Shown here one piece after another: positions 12,283 to 19,103 of a stretch of 23,634 nucleotides of DNA. The stretch is taken from the NCBI GenBank assembly GCA_030167865.1, contig JALAGF010006552.1, positions 62,001-85,634 of the forward strand, written 5' to 3'. The position numbers and the translations under genes were made by a program. Numbering within the stretch: the stretch's first letter is position 1; each line of letters begins with the position of its first letter. This DNA comes from Craspedostauros australis (lineage: Eukaryota). The notes beneath the pieces are model-generated. The model did not search any database. It was not told where the DNA came from and worked only from the letters and a program-made list of their open reading frames with translations.

Positions 12283-12319
12283 GCGCGCTGCAGTGACCTC
12301 CCTGAACGGAAGTCTATGA
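10538..12319 (+). CDS. CRAL-TRIO-like/DUF6824 protein paralog 1, exon 2 (spliced protein about 675 aa)
   Basis: LRLKFLRCTSFDSYKAAMRL...KLHLFG is a CRAL-TRIO N-terminal-like motif. PTEVDILMGRGKPFQEHSGN...RFLK...WIEV...ARDKAAHGFR matches the DUF6824 pattern. The tail is basic (KKRTRR). Confidence 0.88.
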   Translation: MGKPNEDTDHSNPACADTFVNAAIGADAQQTTRLTNEDILNTFKVLDIIAQELHAMSPEERTHIHEDITGSSTPCEETPEFLIAKLDDMEMELAMATSNTTAYNIARQTNQAYIEDTDLRLKFLRCTSFDSYKAAMRLIAWCDAKLHLFGPHVLGRDVLLSDLCPGAIALLEAGNVQPLPCKDVHGGRIIAATEFVPSMFDTLANARALFYAAMTVVEDVDAQKNGVVMVHALDKMMPNVTQKQRMNMCICAQTITITPVNVKRMYLLSDDTEEMRAMVDILQLSLARHTRHRFKPFFGTLADNIKSLSSHGVSPQVLPFNDWGMLKMVGASAWMMYRRALEACRTAMTTRTRNGNDTSVTHDHPESNGANDAAEMQVVQDAEGEDNNTAVDLQLAELYGDIPETAVKNDIESPTSSTLPRQVSLQPSIPPLPPPQLPKPLSLLPLVAADPIESDSTRPSCSPTEVDILMGRGKPFQEHSGNQYMKAVIADMFDEYDKAPRWAKLDIAGNLVHKMQERKSRFLKKCKETGCWIEVTFVEARDKAAHGFRKKREMDLLRARRDGRLPPATKKRTRRASSKSSKRAAVTSLNGSL

Positions 12320-14420
12320 TGACAAGATACGATCTGTGCGTGCACAGAGTGGAACATCACAGGAACGATCCGTTGATTGGATGGAGATGGCTTCCTTCAG
12401 GTCCATGCGAGTATTGTGCGCACACAAGTACCAAGACTGAAAAACTAGGGTAAAAGTCATGTTGAAGTCATTGTTATGATCGTGGCGGAGTGAACCTTGA
12501 ATGGGAGCTTCATTACTGGTGCAGCGGCTGGAGACGCATGTCCTAGCTCTACCCTGCGCGTACCTATTCCCATTGAGCTCACCGTGCCAGTGGCGACCCA
12601 TCAATGTTATGTTTCGTGTTCGTACTTTGGTAGGTCCAGCCAAGTCACTGGAGTCACGACCTCATGACAATATACAACCACTCATCGGGACACCCTTGCA
12701 GCAAATGACAATACCATATGGTTGAGACGAATACGGGACACACAAACCAAATTCTATTCGAGGAGCTTCGACGAAGTTCCAACAAACGCTGTTCGTGAAT
12801 GTCCGTTATTATTCCAGACCTAACGTATGGGTCAAACCAAGACCATATCTGAACGTCTGATGACCTCGGATGAGAGAAGCACCACTGTATAGAGTGAGCT
12901 ACTCAACGATACGCATAATGAGGGAGGAAACATCTACCCAATACCTCTCTCAACATCATTTGGGAAACAGATTAAAGAGAGCACATCCCAACGATTCTTT
13001 GTCCGCCCCAGACGTTCATCCCGAAGCACAATCATGCTACTCCAGACTCGCGCTGGTCATCTAGCTCGTTATATCCAGACGAGTGGAATGAGTCCGTCTC
13101 GTCAGGACGTAACTGTAGTGACACCTTGCTGTTGCATTGATGACAGATCAACACATGTCCTTGCAGCGCTCAATAGTTCCATGCTGGTTGGCAGTGGAAG
13201 CGCAGATTGAGCCGTCCCAAAACGAAGAACAAAACGGAACAGAGTCGGAGGGAACAATTTCCGTGGATCACAGGAAAAGTGAGCAAACTGGACAGAACAG
13301 AGGGAAAGACACAAAACTCCCGACGACGCAAAACGACAATGACAACTTCACGTGATCACATCAATGTGACGGCTGCACCAGCATGTGCGACGACATCACC
13401 CAATGGCTTGGAGAATGATGTTCATCGGTCAAGAGCACGGTGCACCCCTTTGACGAGTCAGATCGGGGACCAGACGACAACTGAGAACAGTCCATTCTTC
13501 GTCCCGTCTTGATCACTCGGATCCTTCCTTCGTCATCTGCGACCAATGGCGTCATTTCCAGAGGCAACGAGAAGGACGGAAACCAGCAGATGAGAAGCCG
13601 AGAGCGAACGCAAAAGCGACACTCATTGGCATGTGCATGGAAGGTCACGAACAGACTCTGAGGAGCCCCGCTTCACCACGCGACGAGGAATCTCGGCCCT
13701 CGCGCATTCAGCACAGGCAGTCGCGAGATGCCCCTGACGACAGCATTATCGCATGGCACAACCTTGCTGAAAAAAGCAACCATGAATGAGGTTGGAGGCG
13801 GTTGCATACATCACAATTTGTGCGATGGCATACAAGATGCAAGAGCGCACAACGCACAGGACTCTGCGACGGGGGTGCGATCACATCAAGTACCAACCTG
13901 ACACACGTGATCAGGTGGGACCTTGCATAGCGTATAGAGAAGCACAACGCAGCGCGCGACTCTATTGGACTGCACTGGACGCCGTCTATGCGCGAGTGTA
14001 CCAGCTTTCTATTCGCGGACATGGCGAAGTCAGATCTCATTCTGGATAGATACGAGGCGAAATCATTGTTGGCTCACATCTTTGCAGATCTGCAAATACG
14101 CAGAGCAACTCCGCCCGTGCCGAGTACACCCGACACCGGTGGTCATTATTTGAACAGCCATCATAGAATCGTGAGCAGTTGGAAAGGATGATCGCTCTGT
14201 GAGGATTTTACTTCACTCCGCACTGCGAGACACTTCGTCGACACCAATTGCCTTGCAATCTCGAACCTTCTCGGCAACTTGAATGCCTCAATCTCAAAAG
14301 TGTCGCACTCATACCATGCCACTACGAGGAGAAACGGTCCCGGCCCAATTCTTGTGCTGCGCCGTCATCCTATCATGCTGCCATCCTCAACAAGATAATG
14401 CTCGACAGAGCCGCTCCGGG

Positions 14421-14438
14421 AGAGAGAGAGAGAGAGAG
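14421..14438. repeat. (AG)9 microsatellite
   Basis: Read directly from the sequence. Confidence 0.9.
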
Positions 14439-15427
14439 AACTTGATAGCTACATGCAATACCTCTCACCCGTCTTCAAAACAAGTACAATGTAATGGAAT
14501 GGAATGCTACAGATATTATGTAATACATTCCTTCATCTTCTGTTTAGCATTTTCATCAGCACGCGGGTGCACCATACTCTGCTATTGTACAACAATAGGT
14601 TACTCGAACAGCCGACTACTCCAGCAAACGAGTATTGAAATAGCTGGCTCTCTGCTAATATCTCGAGGTCATGGCCCTCGCATCTTGGAATTCTTTTCTC
14701 CCCTTCGAGCAGCTAGTGGAATTCAATGGTTCCTCATGCACCTTTCGTTCCTCGCAATCTTCTGTCTCGCGAGTGTTCATCGTTCAGGAATTCGCTGGCG
14801 CACCACTCCATAGAACGTTTTCGAAACTGTTCCATGGAGTGTGCCTCGCGTTGTGCGAGAAGCTGCGGAGTGGCCATGCGCAAAACTGCACGGTAAATAC
14901 CAGAACGTTGGTACGACATCAATTCAATGCCGCAGGCACGAGTACCACGAATAGTCGCGACGCCTCATAATTTGCGTACTCAAACAGACACTGCGCGGTG
15001 GAGTAGAGTAGAGCCATCTCCCCGGCTCGCGCGGGCACGATCTGCTCAACATCCCAACACTGGGAAGAGGGGATATTGCGAACACGCGTACTTGTACGTA
15101 CGAGTATCCGCACCAACGAAGACCTGCTCGTGTCTCAGTCATTGCCTCTGGTTCGACCACGTGCTCGAAGAATCCCGCGGCAACGCCACACAAGAACATG
15201 ATAATGGAACCTACCCAGCGTTTAGCCACGGGAGCGAACTTCACTCGGAACAAACTTGAAGCATGTACTCGTACCACACATCAGCAATACGCAGTATGAG
15301 CAATACGCAGTATCAGCTCTACGCCAGTCCCCACGTGAAACCCTTCCCAGCATCACAAGCAACGACAACTACGCAGCTTTTGCAAAGCTGACGTTTTGCT
15401 GCACTCCTGCCATGGAACCGGATGCAG

Positions 15428-15470
15428 CCAGTTCAGTTCAGCTCACTTCTTCTCAGCTCAGGTTTGCGCA
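15428..15470 (+). promoter_or_regulatory. Conserved upstream element with TCAG(C/T) repeats, paralog 2
   Basis: Homologous to 9968-10010. Confidence 0.45.
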
Positions 15471-15573
15471 TTACTGGTATACTTACAACATCACTTCAAG
15501 CATCAGACACACACGTCAGAGTTCCGCCCAAACATCAGCCACGACCGCAGGCACTGAGGCCGACACTTTCACC

Positions 15574-15834
15574 ATGAACATCTTCTCCGACGACGAGTGG
15601 CAGCAACTCGATGAGCAGGTCGCGCTTTGCGTCGATAATGATGATCTCTTCTTACCAGACTGCTCTTTCTTAAAAACCTGCTTTCCATCCCATGACGATG
15701 CCGAAGAGGGCGAGCAGAGTGGTCACATGCTTGGCAATGGAATTGTTGAATTCGGATCAGGCCTCAACTCAGAGACTGGCGGCCGCTGCAAATGTAACCA
15801 CGGCGACAGTACTGCTAGTGACGATGATGGAAAG
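15574..15834 (+). CDS. CRAL-TRIO-like/DUF6824 protein paralog 2, exon 1
   Basis: ACC-ATG at 15574, 87 codons (MNIFSDDEWQQLDE...DDDGK), donor AAG|GTGAGC. Homologous to paralog 1 exon 1. Confidence 0.8.
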
Positions 15835-16096
15835 GTGAGCACTTGCGTGCGACTATTGATGATGATTCCCCACCTCATGGATGTTTTCGACATCCCACAG
15901 GACGCGTCTGTAAAATTCACGAGCGCAGACGCGCATACTGACAGATGCAACCACAACAGCGGTCGAAAACTGAGGTTGCAGACCGCAAGCACATTCACGA
16001 GAAAAACATCGACGAAACCGCAGGGTTGAAACAGCTCACAATCCATCGTCGTCGTCGTCGTCGTCGTCGTCTCTCTCTCTCTCTCTTCATGCCCAG
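15835..16096 (+). other. Intron (262 nt), paralog 2
   Basis: GTGAGC donor and CCCAG acceptor at 16096. Phase 0, in frame with ORF 16154..17878. Confidence 0.8.
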
Positions 16097-17841
16097 ATCG
16101 GGAAACCGAATGAGGATACTGACCACAGCAATCCTGCTTGCGCAGACACATTTGTGAACGCCGCAATAGGAGCAGATGCGCAGCAAACCACAAGGTTGAC
16201 CAACGAGGACATCTTGAACACATTCAAGGTCCTTGATATCATCGCGCAAGAGCTGCACGCGATGTCATCCGAAGAACGCACGCACATACATGAGGATATC
16301 ACCGGGGGCTCCACTCCCTGCGAGGAGACCCCCGAGTTCCTGAGCGCCAAGCTCGACGACATGGAGATGGAGCTGGCCATGGCGACCAGCAACACGACCG
16401 CCTACAACATCGCCAGGCAGACGGATCAAGCCTACATCGAAGACACGGACCTGCGCCTCAAGTTCCTGCGTTGCACCTCCTTCGACTCATACAAAGCCGC
16501 GATGCGATTGATCGCCTGGTGCGATGCCAAGCTGCACTTGTTCGGTCCGCATGTGCTCGGCAGAGACGTGCTGCTGTCCGATCTGTGCCCAGGAGCGATC
16601 GCTCTGCTGGAAGCTGGGAATGTACAACCGCTTCCATGCAAGGATGCTCATAGAGGTCGCATAATCGCAGCGACAGAGTTCGTCCCGAGCATGTTCGACA
16701 CCTTGGCGAATGCCCGGGCCCTGTTTTATGCAGCCATGACGGTTGTGGAAGACGTCGACGCACAGAAGAACGGAGTAGTGATGGTGCATGACCTGGACAA
16801 GATGATGCCAAATGTAACGCAAAAACAACGGCTGAACATGTACATTTGCGCGCAGACCATCACGATCACACCGGTGAACGTGAAGAGGATGTACCTCCTA
16901 TCAGACGATACGAAGGAGATGAGGGCCATGGTAGACATCTTTCAGCTCTCGCTGGCCCGTCATACTCGCCACCGATTCAAGCCATTCTTCGGTACGCTGG
17001 CTGATAACATCAAGAGCCTCTCTTCGCACGGTGTGTCACCTCAGGTCTTGCCATTCGATGCCGGGGGGATGCTCAAAATGGTCGGAGCCAGTGCTTGGAT
17101 GATGCAACGCAGAGCGTTGGAGGCCTACCGAACCGCAATGACCACGCAGATGAGAAACGGGGATGATTCCTCTGTCCCCTACGATCATCCTGAGCGCAAT
17201 GGTGCCAATGACGTAGCGGAGATGCAAGTCGTCCAAGACGCTGAAGGAGAGGGCAACAATACTGCTGTAGATCTCCAACTAGCAGAATTGTATGGAGATA
17301 TCCCGGAAACTGCAGTCAAGAATGATATTGAATCACCAACTTTCTCAACTTCGCCAAGGCAGGTGTCGCCACAGCCGTCAATGCCACCACTGCCGCCGTC
17401 ACAGCTGCCAAAACCTCCTTCATTGCTACCACTCGAGGCGGCTGATCCAATTGAAAGCAACAGCATTCGTCCAAGTTGCAGTCCAACTGAAGTTGACATT
17501 CTGATGGGACGTGGAAAGCCGTTTCAAGAGCACTCCGGCAATCAGTACATGAAGGCAGTCATTGCTGATATGTTCGACGAGTATGACAAAGCACCAAGGT
17601 GGTCCAAGCTGGACGTCGCTGAAAAGCTGGTGCGCAAGATGCAAGAACGAAAGAGCCGTTTCCTCAAGCAGTGCAAGGAGACAGGCTGTTGGGTCGAGGC
17701 CACCTACGTGGAAGCACTGGACAAGGCCGCGCATGGCTTCCGCAAGAAGCGTGAGATGGATCTCCTTCGGGCAAGAAGAGATGGGAGATTGCCGCCAGCA
17801 ACGAAGAAACGGACGAGGCGAGCACCATCGAAATCAAGCAA
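16016..17841 (+). repeat. Near-identical duplicated tract, copy 2
   Basis: Direct repeat of about 10467-12282. Confidence 0.92.
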
Positions 17842-17878
17842 ATCAACCAAGCCCATCTCTCGAAAGAAGCATTTTTGA
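16097..17878 (+). CDS. CRAL-TRIO-like/DUF6824 protein paralog 2, exon 2 (spliced protein about 680 aa)
   Basis: Same motifs as paralog 1 and the same exon length (1782 nt). About 45 aa differences by hand count before a divergent 11-aa tail. Confidence 0.88.
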   Translation: MGKPNEDTDHSNPACADTFVNAAIGADAQQTTRLTNEDILNTFKVLDIIAQELHAMSSEERTHIHEDITGGSTPCEETPEFLSAKLDDMEMELAMATSNTTAYNIARQTDQAYIEDTDLRLKFLRCTSFDSYKAAMRLIAWCDAKLHLFGPHVLGRDVLLSDLCPGAIALLEAGNVQPLPCKDAHRGRIIAATEFVPSMFDTLANARALFYAAMTVVEDVDAQKNGVVMVHDLDKMMPNVTQKQRLNMYICAQTITITPVNVKRMYLLSDDTKEMRAMVDIFQLSLARHTRHRFKPFFGTLADNIKSLSSHGVSPQVLPFDAGGMLKMVGASAWMMQRRALEAYRTAMTTQMRNGDDSSVPYDHPERNGANDVAEMQVVQDAEGEGNNTAVDLQLAELYGDIPETAVKNDIESPTFSTSPRQVSPQPSMPPLPPSQLPKPPSLLPLEAADPIESNSIRPSCSPTEVDILMGRGKPFQEHSGNQYMKAVIADMFDEYDKAPRWSKLDVAEKLVRKMQERKSRFLKQCKETGCWVEATYVEALDKAAHGFRKKREMDLLRARRDGRLPPATKKRTRRAPSKSSKSTKPISRKKHF

Positions 17879-18687
17879 TGCAGGAGTATGATTTAGTATG
17901 TACCTATTACATGTGGAATAGAGGACCAAGGACTTGACCCGTTGGTCAGATGGAAGTGGAATCACTAATGTTAGTCATCGTGTTGCATGTCCACATACCG
18001 CAATATAAGTCAAACCTGCAATCACCATTCATCAACCATTCATCTGCACACATGAGCAGCAGAGATAGACAGGAAAACAGATCTCAGGTTTTGATCTTTG
18101 GGTGATGCTCGCGCTTTTGCATGGTTGGACACCAGATTCATGGTCTCGCATCATCAACTTTGCGATGTCCATCTGTAGTGTAACGTGCGTACGCACCAAA
18201 ATAGCAGGAGAAGGAGCGGAAGTACAAGCGGGTCGTCAGACGAGCGCACGTCTTCGACTGCTTTGAGGCGTGCGCTAAAAGTTATCAATATCTCGACGGT
18301 ATCTTACTATGTGGTATGTACATGTGATACTTCATCAGTGCAAGGCGATCTCGCTTGTTGTCGAGATGATCAAGCCATCGCCACTGAAATTGTCGTCCTT
18401 GTCCCAAGTTGCGGAGGTTGTTCTGCCGTTCATGCACCACCGGCAACGCTTTCTATGTTCCTATATCTCTGACCGTGCCCCAACTGCGAAAGATCCGTTG
18501 GCATCCCAACAAAAAGTGATTCATCGATGAAGCGCGCCTTCTCACCTTGACGATTCAGCATGAGAATGGAATGGTGCATGCTCAAGTGGGGCAGAGTAGA
18601 GCTTGCACACGGCGGAGCATGATAGGGTGGGCGACTCACGGCGCGAGCGCAAAGCGTGATGTTCTCAAATGGAGAATTTCGAACCAT

Positions 18688-18693
18688 GTGTCT
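18688..18693. repeat. Target-site duplication GTGTCT (left copy; right copy at 19051-19056)
   Basis: An identical hexamer directly flanks both LTR ends. Confidence 0.9.
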
Positions 18694-18786
18694 TGTTAAA
18701 ATAGCGCGCTGCGGAATCGAACCACGGAGCCAGTCCACGCCCTGCATGAACACAAGAAATTAACGCTTATAACCCATGTCGCGACA
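18694..18786 (-). repeat. 3' LTR (93 bp)
   Basis: TGTTAAAATAG...TGTCGCGACA, identical to 18958-19050. Confidence 0.95.
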
Positions 18787-18794
18787 CCCTCCCT
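18787..18794 (-). promoter_or_regulatory. Polypurine tract AGGGAGGG
   Basis: Plus strand CCCTCCCT lies immediately next to the 3' LTR. Confidence 0.8.
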
Positions 18795-18946
18795 AATTCT
18801 TGGATTCATGCCCTTGAGCCCCCCTATCATGAGGACCCCCCACACTCTATCTTTATACTGCCGCTGTAGGCAGTCGGCAAGTTTCGGGTGTTTCTGTGTG
18901 TTTTTGTAGCAGGGGTGGGTACCAGCCGACGGAATCGAACCTTAGG

Positions 18947-18957
18947 CCACGCTACCA
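18947..18957 (-). promoter_or_regulatory. Primer-binding site TGGTAGCGTGG, probably for initiator tRNA-Met
   Basis: Abuts the 5' LTR. It is complementary to a tRNA 3' end CCACGCU-A-CCA, implying an A1:U72 pair and A73 discriminator, as in eukaryotic initiator tRNA-Met. The host tRNA sequence was not verified. Confidence 0.75.
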
Positions 18958-19050
18958 TGTTAAAATAGCGCGCTGCGGAATCGAACCACGGAGCCAGTCC
19001 ACGCCCTGCATGAACACAAGAAATTAACGCTTATAACCCATGTCGCGACA
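18958..19050 (-). repeat. 5' LTR (93 bp)
   Basis: Identical to 18694-18786. Confidence 0.95.
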
Positions 19051-19103
19051 GTGTCTCCCGTCGCTCCCAACGACGAAGTCTTGCCAACGATCCAACAATA
19101 GAC

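Larger units (their letters stand above)
18694..19050 (-). mobile_element. Non-autonomous LTR retrotransposon in miniature (TRIM-like), 357 bp, intact
   Basis: Two identical 93-bp direct repeats bounded by TGT...ACA flank a 171-bp non-coding interior. GTGTCT is duplicated on both flanks. On the minus strand a TGG-initiated PBS directly follows the 5' LTR, and the purine tract AGGGAGGG directly precedes the 3' LTR. Confidence 0.93.

Noticed and set aside
13008..13080. CCAGAC recurring at 33-34 nt spacing
   Set aside because: Only a hexamer with three occurrences and no longer repeat unit.
13459..13495. CAGATCGGGG...ACTGA similarity to the paralog exon 2 start (possible third relic copy)
   Set aside because: The match is too short and does not extend.
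14734..15277. Possible small spliced minus-strand gene
   Set aside because: I could not build a convincing open spliced frame or recognise a domain.
18694..18990. Possible bona fide tRNA genes suggested by GGTTCGATTCC
   Set aside because: No complete cloverleaf could be built, and the motifs lie within LTR and PBS structures.
18694..19050. CRISPR-like or simple tandem duplication reading of the 93-bp repeats
   Set aside because: Only two long repeats, with TG..CA ends, TSD, PBS and PPT in a eukaryotic context.
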